A DNA stretch of 64,000 nucleotides from Bacteroidia bacterium. GTDB lineage: Bacteria; Bacteroidota; Bacteroidia; M30B66. Every line of letters starts with the position of its first letter. Positions within the stretch are counted from its first letter, which is position 1. Both the position numbers and the translations under genes were made by a program. Below are positions 10,334-18,420 of this stretch, one piece after another. The stretch spans positions 448,001 through 512,000 of the forward strand of contig OZ257142.1 in assembly GCA_965279035.1 (NCBI GenBank), in the 5' to 3' direction. The notes under the pieces were generated by a model. The model had not been told where the DNA came from. It ran no database searches and saw only the letters and a program-made list of their open reading frames with translations.

Positions 10334-10927
10334 TTAATTAACGATGTATTTCTTGCCTTTATAATCACCAATCCAAACAATTTCGTTTGTTTCGATATTG
10401 GTCATTTCTAAATCAATTTGCCAATAGGTCGTTTTCTCTTTACCATAACCATCTACAATCGATTTAACAGTTCCTTGCATCATAAAGTCGGCACCAACTT
10501 CGCGACCGAATTTCTTCATGGTTTCGGCAGAAGAAAAATCTTGTTGATCGGCACGTTCTCCGCGAATCTCAGTTCTTTTTTCACCAGCAGCAACCAAACG
10601 AATCATGGTGCTTTTGATAAATGCTTTTTCGATGTCTTTGGTGAAAATCTCAGTGTCCATATGCTCGTGGCTATTGTTGCGAACAAAACCAACAATCACG
10701 ACCGGTTTCTTTTTCTTTTCGTTTGTAAAATTGCCAAGCCAATCGCCTGTTAATGCTTGATTTGTTAAGGTTTCGGCGGCTAGGCGAGCATCTGTCTCGT
10801 TCCAGCGACCACTAAGATCGATTACTTTATCTGGAGCCACACGTGTTACAGTTCTACGTGTACATGAACTGAAACTTAGCGTGCTGATGATTGCGATGCC
10901 AATCAGACTTTGGATGGATGTTCTCAT
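10334..10927 (-). CDS. lpoB: Penicillin-binding protein activator LpoB-like lipoprotein
   Basis: Lipobox SSC; DLSGRWNETD, KPVVIVGFVRN, GREVGADFMMQGTV and LEMTNIETNEIVW match the LpoB/CsgG-like fold. Confidence 0.72.
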   Translation of the reverse strand: MRTSIQSLIGIAIISTLSFSSCTRRTVTRVAPDKVIDLSGRWNETDARLAAETLTNQALTGDWLGNFTNEKKKKPVVIVGFVRNNSHEHMDTEIFTKDIEKAFIKSTMIRLVAAGEKRTEIRGERADQQDFSSAETMKKFGREVGADFMMQGTVKSIVDGYGKEKTTYWQIDLEMTNIETNEIVWIGDYKGKKYIVN

Positions 10928-10946
10928 AATTGAATTGGAATTGAAC

Positions 10947-11354
10947 TTATTTAGTATAGGTTGCTTTTACTGTTTGTGCGCCAGTGCCGTCGTTTGCGGT
11001 GTAATTCAAAATAAAACCGGCTCCACTATATGTACCTGAGCCGGTTATGCTTACTCCTGTAACAGTCTGTTGTGAAATATCTAATGTGTTGTTTAAAACA
11101 AGCGCTTTCACATTTTCTGCAGCTCCCAAATTGAAAATGTTTTTAATCACAATGCGAGAGGTGTTTGATGAATCGGTAGTTACAACCGAAGGATAATTTC
11201 CTGTTACCTGCCCTCCAATTTCTTCTTTCACATTCCAAGTACCGATAAATTTAACTTTAGCATCCACCTCGGGAGTAACCGGATTTTCATCCGCACAGGA
11301 AACTAAAAGCATAGTTAGGAATACTACCGGAATGGCTAGTCGGATAAACTTCAT
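10947..11354 (-). CDS. Small hypothetical lipoprotein
   Basis: Signal peptide with LVSC lipobox, KFIGTWNV motif, beta-rich sequence; 135 aa. Confidence 0.7.
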   Translation of the reverse strand: MKFIRLAIPVVFLTMLLVSCADENPVTPEVDAKVKFIGTWNVKEEIGGQVTGNYPSVVTTDSSNTSRIVIKNIFNLGAAENVKALVLNNTLDISQQTVTGVSITGSGTYSGAGFILNYTANDGTGAQTVKATYTK

Positions 11355-11376
11355 GAAATAGGTGCTTGGTTTAGAA

Positions 11377-11384
11377 CAAATCTA
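11377..11384 (-). promoter_or_regulatory. Bacteroidota -7 promoter box (TAGATTTG) for the lipoprotein-lpoB-COG3014 genes
   Basis: Matches TAnnTTTG, 22 nt upstream of the ATG at 11354. Confidence 0.5.
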
Positions 11385-11436
11385 AGGATTCATTCTGGAG
11401 TTCGCCTAGCAAGGAAAATGCCAACAAAAAATTGAC

Positions 11437-12948
11437 CTAGTTAAACCAGCTATCTGAAACAAAATGACTCAGCTCCTCAGCGATTTTACGATCGTTACTC
11501 AAACGCGGAACTTTGTTCTGTCCTCCTAGCTTTCCCTGCGATTTCATATACCGTATGAAACTGTCTTTCTCAACACTTCTTAAGACTAAGGGCTGAAGTA
11601 CGTTTCCTGCAATTAGATCTTTATAATAAATGTTTTTCTTCTGAAGTGCGGCATCAATCTTTAAACGGAAACGTTCAGGATCTTTTGGCTTTACACTAAA
11701 TTCAACAAACCACTCATGATAAGGCAGTCCTGTTTCTGGGCTAACTTGAGGAGCTACAGTAAATTCAACCACTTCAACTACTTCTCCTAAAGAAGCTTCT
11801 TTGAGTGCTTGCTCCACTTCTTCGGCAATAACATGTTCTCCAAATGCCGAAGTAAAATGCTTTATCCTTCCTGTAACTACCAAACGATATGGCTCGGTGC
11901 TAACAAACTTAACAGTATCACCAATATTATATCCCCACAATCCAGCATTGGTGTTTAAAATCAGCACATAGTTCACATCCACCTTCACATCTTTCAACGA
12001 TATCCGTGTAGGATTTTCGTCGAAGAATTCATCCGTTGGAATAAATTCATAAAATATTCCCGAATCAAGTATCAATAATAATCCTTCAGATGGTTGCTTG
12101 TCTTGATAAGCGATAAATCCTTCTGATGCTGGAAACAACTCTACCGAATCGATTGATTTACCAATCATCTTCTCGAAGCGCGAACGATAAGGCTCGAAAT
12201 TCACTCCGCCGTAAACAAACAGAGAGAAATTTGGGAACAAATCCTTCATGGTTTTGCCTCCCATTTTTTCTTGAAGGATTTCAAAATACATCTGCACCCA
12301 AGAAGGAATTCCACTGATGAGTGTCATATCTTCCGTTATCGTTTCTTCGGCAATCTTCCGAACCTTGGTTTCCCAATCTTCTATGCAATTGGTTTCGTAA
12401 GAAGGCATCTGATTGCGCCGCAAATACTGAGGCACATGATGATTCACAATACCACTTAATCTTCCCAAAGGAATTCCACCAATCTCGCTCAATACCGGAC
12501 TTCCCGACAGGAAAATCAATTTACCATCGACAAATCTTGCATTCCCAGTTTCATGGATATATAACAAAAGTGCGTTGCGTGCCGACTCTATGTGATTGGA
12601 AATAGAATCGCTGGTTATCGGAATGTACTTGGTTCCGGAAGTGGTTCCGGAAGTCTTGCAGAAATAGATCGGTTTTCCTTTCCACAGAACATTGGCCTCT
12701 CCTTTTGTCGCGCGATCGATATAGGTTTTCAAACCCTCATAATCACGAACGGGCACTTTGGACTTGAAGTCTTCGTAGTTGCGAATCGATTTAAAATCGT
12801 GGTCTTTGCCAAATGCGGTTTCTTTTGCACCTGCAATTAATTGCTGAAATACCTTTTCCTGAGTTTCAACAGGTCGGCTACTCCAGTTGCGAACGTGACG
12901 CGCAATGATAGCTGCAAGCGGTTTGGCAAAGAATGATTTAAGTCCCAT
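11437..12948 (-). CDS. GH3 auxin-responsive family protein (acyl-acid amido synthetase-like)
   Basis: KTSGTTSGTKYIP, FPASEGF, GLWGYNIGD and C-terminal GGQNKVPRL motifs. Confidence 0.88.
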   Translation of the reverse strand: MGLKSFFAKPLAAIIARHVRNWSSRPVETQEKVFQQLIAGAKETAFGKDHDFKSIRNYEDFKSKVPVRDYEGLKTYIDRATKGEANVLWKGKPIYFCKTSGTTSGTKYIPITSDSISNHIESARNALLLYIHETGNARFVDGKLIFLSGSPVLSEIGGIPLGRLSGIVNHHVPQYLRRNQMPSYETNCIEDWETKVRKIAEETITEDMTLISGIPSWVQMYFEILQEKMGGKTMKDLFPNFSLFVYGGVNFEPYRSRFEKMIGKSIDSVELFPASEGFIAYQDKQPSEGLLLILDSGIFYEFIPTDEFFDENPTRISLKDVKVDVNYVLILNTNAGLWGYNIGDTVKFVSTEPYRLVVTGRIKHFTSAFGEHVIAEEVEQALKEASLGEVVEVVEFTVAPQVSPETGLPYHEWFVEFSVKPKDPERFRLKIDAALQKKNIYYKDLIAGNVLQPLVLRSVEKDSFIRYMKSQGKLGGQNKVPRLSNDRKIAEELSHFVSDSWFN

Positions 12949-12962
12949 ATCTAGCGCAAAAA

Positions 12963-13110
12963 TAGGAAGAACTAAGCCGAAGCACGCATGAATAAAGTGT
13001 AAAATAAATGAGAAATATTTGAGCGTTCTTGAAATAAGCGATTACAAAATGTTGATGTTAAAATCTTCGTATTGTTGCGCTCGAGTTGAGGATGCAATTA
13101 GTTCTTCCTA
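12963..13110. repeat. Perfect 13-bp inverted repeat pair (TAGGAAGAACTAA 12963-12975 / TTAGTTCTTCCTA 13098-13110) with a 122-bp spacer
   Basis: Read directly; the two arms are exact reverse complements. Confidence 0.9.
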
Positions 13111-13126
13111 GACGGTTTAAAAATTC

Positions 13127-14200
13127 ATGAAATCCAAACTAGATATTATTCAACTCTTGCGTGCTTTAGCGGCGATGCTAGTTTGCTTTTTTCACATGAA
13201 AGGCCTTCTAAAACAAGGCGATTGGGGAAAGTTTCTTTTTGGAAATGGATCAGTAGGAGTGCCGCTATTTTTTATGATTAGTGGATTTATCATGTATTAT
13301 ACTACCTACACTGCGAAGACAAACTGGAAATATATCCGCAGCTATTTTATCAAACGCATCATTCGGATTGTGCCACTTTACTTTTTAATGACTTTGCTCT
13401 ACATCCTATTATTGAACAATGGTCAATTCTATTTTATTGAGAATCCGCGTTTGTTATTATCCACATTTTTCTTTTTTCCAACCTATGCAAATCATATCGG
13501 TCCTTCTTATGGAATGCCCGCTTTAGCAGTTGGTTGGTCGCTTAATTACGAGATTTATTTTTATTTGATCCTTGGATTTTCAATGCTGTTCACTCGAAAT
13601 CGTTGGGTCGTATTAATTGGAATTCTCATGACATCCGTTTTCATTATCCCTTTATTCACGAATGGATATGTAATGAATCGTTTGTCGGATTGTTATTCCT
13701 ACTCATGGCCCTATTTCAGTTTAATGACCAATCCAATACTACTGTTTTTTGTTGCAGGAATTTTCATTGCTCGATTTTACACAAGTGATTATTTAATTGG
13801 GAATGTCTTTTATTCTAAAGCCTTGGTATTACTCGCCATTTCGAATTTTATCTTCAGCTATTTTAATCTCTATCCATTCTTACTTACTTGGCATTTTCAT
13901 CTCTTTAATTCAGGATTTTTGATTTTCTCCTTGATAAATCGAAATAAAATCCAAGCATATAAAATCCCATCAATCATCCTGTTTATTGGGAATAGTTCGT
14001 ATTCACTTTATCTCATTCACCCGCTCATTCTCACATTACTTCCACGTATTCTGCGAAGGTTTAAACTCATTGTTCAGTACGAAGGAGTACCTCTTTTCAT
14101 CTTAACAACAGGGATTATTTTACTTCTATCCTATGTGAGTTATTTATTGATAGAGCAGCGATTGAGTCGTAAAATTCAATCGTTAGTTTTGAAGGAGTGA
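13127..14200 (+). CDS. Acyltransferase family 3 (OafA-like O-acyltransferase), integral membrane
   Basis: IQLLRALAAMLV.FFH, GVPLFFMISGF, KRIIRIVPLY, WSLNYEIYFY and SYSLYLIH motifs; about 10 hydrophobic segments. Confidence 0.88.
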   Translation: MKSKLDIIQLLRALAAMLVCFFHMKGLLKQGDWGKFLFGNGSVGVPLFFMISGFIMYYTTYTAKTNWKYIRSYFIKRIIRIVPLYFLMTLLYILLLNNGQFYFIENPRLLLSTFFFFPTYANHIGPSYGMPALAVGWSLNYEIYFYLILGFSMLFTRNRWVVLIGILMTSVFIIPLFTNGYVMNRLSDCYSYSWPYFSLMTNPILLFFVAGIFIARFYTSDYLIGNVFYSKALVLLAISNFIFSYFNLYPFLLTWHFHLFNSGFLIFSLINRNKIQAYKIPSIILFIGNSSYSLYLIHPLILTLLPRILRRFKLIVQYEGVPLFILTTGIILLLSYVSYLLIEQRLSRKIQSLVLKE

Positions 14201-14218
14201 TAAGGCGGGTTGAATTGA

Positions 14219-14554
14219 TTATTGAATGAGGCTATTAATTTCAACTTTTAATTTGGGTAGATGATTGATCAAAATCCCCCAAATAGTTTCATCTGAAATA
14301 GAATCATAAGCATGAATTATCTGATTTCTTAACCCAACGATGTTCTTTGCATTATTAATGGGGAACTGAGGATCTACTGCAATAATCCGCTTAATTGCTT
14401 CTCCAATTATTTCTAAGTTCCTTTCGATGGCCCTTTTTAAGAGTATGTTTTTCTGATATGCTTCAAAGCGCTTTTCATTATCAATGAAAAAGGAATCAAT
14501 CTCATCGATAGCCAGCTTTACATCGAATAAATACTTAAGGATCTTTTCGTTCAT
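14219..14554 (-). CDS. HEPN/DUF86 ribonuclease toxin (HepT-like)
   Basis: RAIERNLEIIGEA and RNQIIHAY (RX4H followed by Y). Start reassigned to ATG 14554, overlapping the MNT gene end. Confidence 0.85.
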   Translation of the reverse strand: MNEKILKYLFDVKLAIDEIDSFFIDNEKRFEAYQKNILLKRAIERNLEIIGEAIKRIIAVDPQFPINNAKNIVGLRNQIIHAYDSISDETIWGILINHLPKLKVEINSLIQ

Positions 14555-14846
14555 AAACGAGCTGCTTTTCTCTGTCCACCACTTTCCTAAATACAGGGTT
14601 TTTGATGGATTGATTTTCAACGAGGTCTACCGAGCGATTGAATAGACGTTCGAGTTCTTCTTTAAAATCAAAATAATTATCGGCGTATTGCTCTAATTCC
14701 ACTTTCCCAAACTGAACTAAAATATCTACATCACTTGAGTCTATAAATCGGTCGGTAAGGATTGATCCAAATAAATATAACTCATCTACTTTGTGTTTTT
14801 CACAAAGGCTATAAAGCTTTTCTCTATTGGCATCTATCAATGTCAT
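14535..14846 (-). CDS. Minimal nucleotidyltransferase antitoxin (MntA-like)
   Basis: LYLFGSILTDRFIDSSDVD = GSX10DXD, plus RSVDLV. Start reassigned to ATG 14846, with a TATTTTTG box at 14853-14860. Confidence 0.85.
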   Translation of the reverse strand: MTLIDANREKLYSLCEKHKVDELYLFGSILTDRFIDSSDVDILVQFGKVELEQYADNYFDFKEELERLFNRSVDLVENQSIKNPVFRKVVDREKQLVYERKDP

Positions 14847-14931
14847 ACACTTCAAAAATACGATATTAAATGTTCGATAATCATCTATCACAAAGCCCTT
14901 CACTAAAATCAAAATCTCCCCAATAGACCCC

Positions 14932-16524
14932 TCATAACTCCCGTCCACACATCTGACAAACTCCTAGCTTACACGCACAATGGGCGCAATACCCAAACAT
15001 GCCGCTGCTTGTACATTTACCACAGTTGGAGCAAGTTCCCAAATCGTCGGTGACTGCTACATTGTTATGCTCCGAACAAATGAATCCACTTCCCCAGTTT
15101 TGGCTCGGACATTTTACCCTTTCTCCCCTGATTTTCTTTCCATTGAAGTCATAATGAATTACTTTTCCAACAGGCACATCATTGCGGTATTCGCGTTGTG
15201 ATTTAAGCTTTCCGCTTTCATACCAAGTTTTCCAAACTCCATGGCGCAAACCTTTGCTGTAGGCTGATTCGAAAGTCAAAACACCATTTTCATTCCAGTG
15301 TTTCCAAGTACCATCGGGAACTCCAGCAACACTCATGTATATATCGTCAATGGCTTTTACATGCGAATAGGTACTATCGAAATGTGGTGTGAAAACCACT
15401 TCAGTAATCAAAATCCCTTTTTCGTTCCATTGTTTGAAAAGCCCAACTACAGCATCGTTTTCAAATGAACAACTATGCGATAACTGACCATTGGGATAGT
15501 AATAAATAGAAGATCCTTCACGAGTTACTGCACCTCTTGATTTTATATCTGAATAACGATAGTTGAATTTGAAATTCATTGCTCCATTTTCATAATATCC
15601 TGTTGAATGCATCAGGCCAGGAATGAGCGAATCTTCCCGAACATCTGAACTCAGTTTTTTTCCATCAGCATCATAATATCGCCGACAATTACTGCGCATT
15701 TCACCATGGATGATACGAGCCTCTATCTTCCCTCTTTCTATTGGAGGAAACTCTCCATTTATAAATCCTTCTCCATTACTAAGGGTTTGATTGCCTTTTT
15801 CATCCCATGCATCCAGAATGATAGGCATGGAATTTCTCAATCCCATTTTCGCTTTCATTGCACCCGTTTCAGGATAAAACAATCGCATATCATCGTAATT
15901 ATTTGCCCATTGATTACTAGTGAAATGTACTTTACTGATCAAGCCTTTTTCGTTGTAATGTGTCGACCAGCCCATGGTTATTCCATGCTCAAATTCCATT
16001 TCCCATCTGGGTTTCCCGTTTTCAAACCAAGCTTTCCAATTACCATGAGGATAGGCATTGGTGTCGATTGTACCGCTGGTTTTCAATTGTCCATTTTCAT
16101 AAAAAAGAGAGATGATGCCACAGGGAGTTCCATTGCAATATTCGCGTTCAAGGGCTACTTTACCGTTGAGGTGATATTTCCTCCAAATGCCTACACGTTT
16201 AAAATCACGAATCTCTCCTGTAGCCCAAATCACACTATCGTTAACGTGATTTCCTTTGGCATCCATAAATTGAAATTCGGCGGAGGTTGTCCATCCACGG
16301 TACAAACCCGTTCTGAATTTTCGTGTACCATAAGGGAAATTGAAGCGTGTGCGACTTCCTTCTATCCAATACGTTCCGTTAAAACTATCTTCTCGATCGT
16401 AAAAATCAGTCTCCGGCCGAACTCGCATCACCGAATCTCCACCTATTTTTAAAAGCCAGAGTTTTTGTTGTGCAGAGCAATTTATTCCGAAAACAAGAAA
16501 ACAAAACAGAAATAGCGCTTTCAT
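14932..16524 (-). CDS. Exported MORN-variant (YwqK-like) repeat protein with C-terminal Cys-rich domain
   Basis: Signal peptide; repeated GxWxx(Y/W)(Y/H)xNG units; C-terminal CxxH/CxxC/CxxC/CxxC cluster. Confidence 0.75.
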   Translation of the reverse strand: MKALFLFCFLVFGINCSAQQKLWLLKIGGDSVMRVRPETDFYDREDSFNGTYWIEGSRTRFNFPYGTRKFRTGLYRGWTTSAEFQFMDAKGNHVNDSVIWATGEIRDFKRVGIWRKYHLNGKVALEREYCNGTPCGIISLFYENGQLKTSGTIDTNAYPHGNWKAWFENGKPRWEMEFEHGITMGWSTHYNEKGLISKVHFTSNQWANNYDDMRLFYPETGAMKAKMGLRNSMPIILDAWDEKGNQTLSNGEGFINGEFPPIERGKIEARIIHGEMRSNCRRYYDADGKKLSSDVREDSLIPGLMHSTGYYENGAMNFKFNYRYSDIKSRGAVTREGSSIYYYPNGQLSHSCSFENDAVVGLFKQWNEKGILITEVVFTPHFDSTYSHVKAIDDIYMSVAGVPDGTWKHWNENGVLTFESAYSKGLRHGVWKTWYESGKLKSQREYRNDVPVGKVIHYDFNGKKIRGERVKCPSQNWGSGFICSEHNNVAVTDDLGTCSNCGKCTSSGMFGYCAHCACKLGVCQMCGREL

Positions 16525-16692
16525 AGAAAATAGTCAGAAAACTTCACAATCATTATAGCAAAGATGTATATAGAGATTTAGTCTCAATGAAATTGAAAAT
16601 CAATGAGGTCTAAAACGAAAAGTATTGAAAACATAAAAGGACTCAATAAGGACAAACGTTTATTGGATGCTTTTCATTATCCAACAATCACC

Positions 16693-18027
16693 TTACAATA
16701 GATCATTCGCCAAATTGGCCAATTCCGAACGCTCACCTTTTTCAAGTGTTATGTGCGCGTAAAGCGGGTTGTTGCGAATTTTATCAATCAAATAACTCAA
16801 TCCGTTCGACTGTGTATCCAAATACGGTGTGTCTATCTGAAAAATATCTCCAGTAAACACAATTTTAGTGTTCTCTCCTGCACGCGTAATAATCGTTTTT
16901 ACTTCATGTGGGGTGAGGTTTTGGGCTTCATCAACAATAAAGTAAATGTTCGACAAACTTCTTCCTCGGATATAAGCCAATGGTGTAATCATCAACTTTT
17001 CGCTCTCCACCATTTCTGTAATCTTCTTGTACTCTTTATCAGTTTCTTCCCACTGATTTTGAATCATCTTCAAATTGTCCCAAAGCGGTTCCATATAAGG
17101 ATTGAGCTTGCTTTTTATATCACCCGGTAAATACCCAATGTCTTTATTGCTCAATGGAACAATCGGACGAGCCAAATACACCTGACGATATTCTCGTTTC
17201 TGCTCCAATGCACCACTCAAAGCGAGCAAGGTTTTTCCCGTTCCGGCAACTCCTTGTAATGTAACCAACTTCACTTCTGGATTCATCAAGGCATGTAAAG
17301 CAAAAATCTGTTCAGCATTGCGTGGTCGAATTCCATAAGCTGCCGTTTTTTCTACCCGTTCCATCATCAATGTTGCGGGATTGTAGGTTGCCAAAACAGA
17401 ATGCTTTCCGTTTTTAAGAATGTAAAAGTGATTGTAAATCGGATCACTACTCAAAAAGTCGTTTGGCGAGCATGTTCCATGACTATATAGCTGATCTATC
17501 ACCGCTACGTTCACCCCATGGATTACCGATTTTCCAGTATAGAGCTCCTCAACATTTTTGATTTTCCCCGTTTGAAAGTCTTCGCTATGCAAATTCAAGG
17601 ACTTCGCCTTCAAGCGTAAATTGATGTCTTTCGTCACCAAAACCACTTTCATATCCGGGTTTTCCTTACTCAGTGCTAATGCCGAATTAATTATCCGGTG
17701 ATCGGCTTTGTCTTCACCCAAAATCTGAACGGCATCGAGTTTTCCTTTGCCATTCATTTCCACCTTAAACCGACCTAATTTATCACCCAACGAAAGCCAT
17801 TCGGTTAAGATATAATCACCCGAAAGCCGATCCATTTCACGAATAAACTCGCGCGCTTCAAAATTTTTGGTGTCGTTTCCTTTCTTAAAATTATCGAGCT
17901 CTTCCAGCACTGTTATGGGAATTGCTACATCATTATCTTCAAAACTGTAAATCGAATTGTGATTATAGAGAATCACCGATGTATCCAGCACATAGATCTT
18001 CTTCTGTTTGGTTTTTCGCGCAGCCAT
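16693..18027 (-). CDS. PhoH family protein with N-terminal PIN domain (PhoH2/YlaK type)
   Basis: YVLDTSV PIN motif, Walker A GVAGTGKT, RGRSL, DEAQN and GDIFQID. Confidence 0.92.
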   Translation of the reverse strand: MAARKTKQKKIYVLDTSVILYNHNSIYSFEDNDVAIPITVLEELDNFKKGNDTKNFEAREFIREMDRLSGDYILTEWLSLGDKLGRFKVEMNGKGKLDAVQILGEDKADHRIINSALALSKENPDMKVVLVTKDINLRLKAKSLNLHSEDFQTGKIKNVEELYTGKSVIHGVNVAVIDQLYSHGTCSPNDFLSSDPIYNHFYILKNGKHSVLATYNPATLMMERVEKTAAYGIRPRNAEQIFALHALMNPEVKLVTLQGVAGTGKTLLALSGALEQKREYRQVYLARPIVPLSNKDIGYLPGDIKSKLNPYMEPLWDNLKMIQNQWEETDKEYKKITEMVESEKLMITPLAYIRGRSLSNIYFIVDEAQNLTPHEVKTIITRAGENTKIVFTGDIFQIDTPYLDTQSNGLSYLIDKIRNNPLYAHITLEKGERSELANLANDLL

Positions 18028-18195
18028 TTAAAGGAACCTTTTCTGCTAATCTAAACGTTCTGCAAAATCAGCGAGTGTAGTCTGCCGCATAAGTTGTGAA
18101 CCACATTTCAACAAGCAGCCCGTGTATTTTGTGTGATTTAATGCGCAGTTCCATGTTAAGTTTCAATCAATTCTGAATTTGATATCTTTTTCATT

Positions 18196-18300
18196 TTGGG
18201 GCTTGCGCTGTCCCCAAAAGGACAGCGCCGCGTTTTCGCCTTTACTCCTCCTTCGTGCGGGGTACCGGCTCAACCGTAAACCCCTTCGGGGCTAAGCCAA
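18196..18300. ncRNA. Candidate multibranch structured RNA or REP-like element
   Basis: GC-rich patch with a 9-bp stem gcgctgtcc/ggacagcgc, a ccccTTCGgggg-type hairpin (ccccttcgggg, 18281-18291), a central tactcc/ggggta stem and a closing ggctt/aagcc helix. Confidence 0.45.
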
Positions 18301-18360
18301 TTCCTACAAATCGAGCATTCTCAAATGAATGAATTACCCATATCAAAAAATTTTAAAGCG

Positions 18361-18394
18361 AAAAAAAACCCCGGCAGCTCTAAATCTACCGGGG
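18361..18394 (-). terminator. Rho-independent terminator of the plug-domain gene
   Basis: ccccgg/ccgggg stem followed by T8 on the minus strand. Confidence 0.65.
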
Positions 18395-18420
18395 CACACA
18401 CCAAAACAACCAAAATAAAA

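Noticed and set aside
14555-14948. Long N-terminal extensions and overlaps of the HEPN and MNT ORFs in the ORF track
   Set aside because: Upstream starts are incidental; family motifs and a -7 box support ATG 14554 and ATG 14846.
15706-16452. 248-aa plus-strand ORF
   Set aside because: Fully antisense to the MORN protein, with no recognisable motifs.
18196-18300. Possible tRNA
   Set aside because: No 7-bp acceptor stem, GTTCGA T-loop or anticodon arm of the right geometry.
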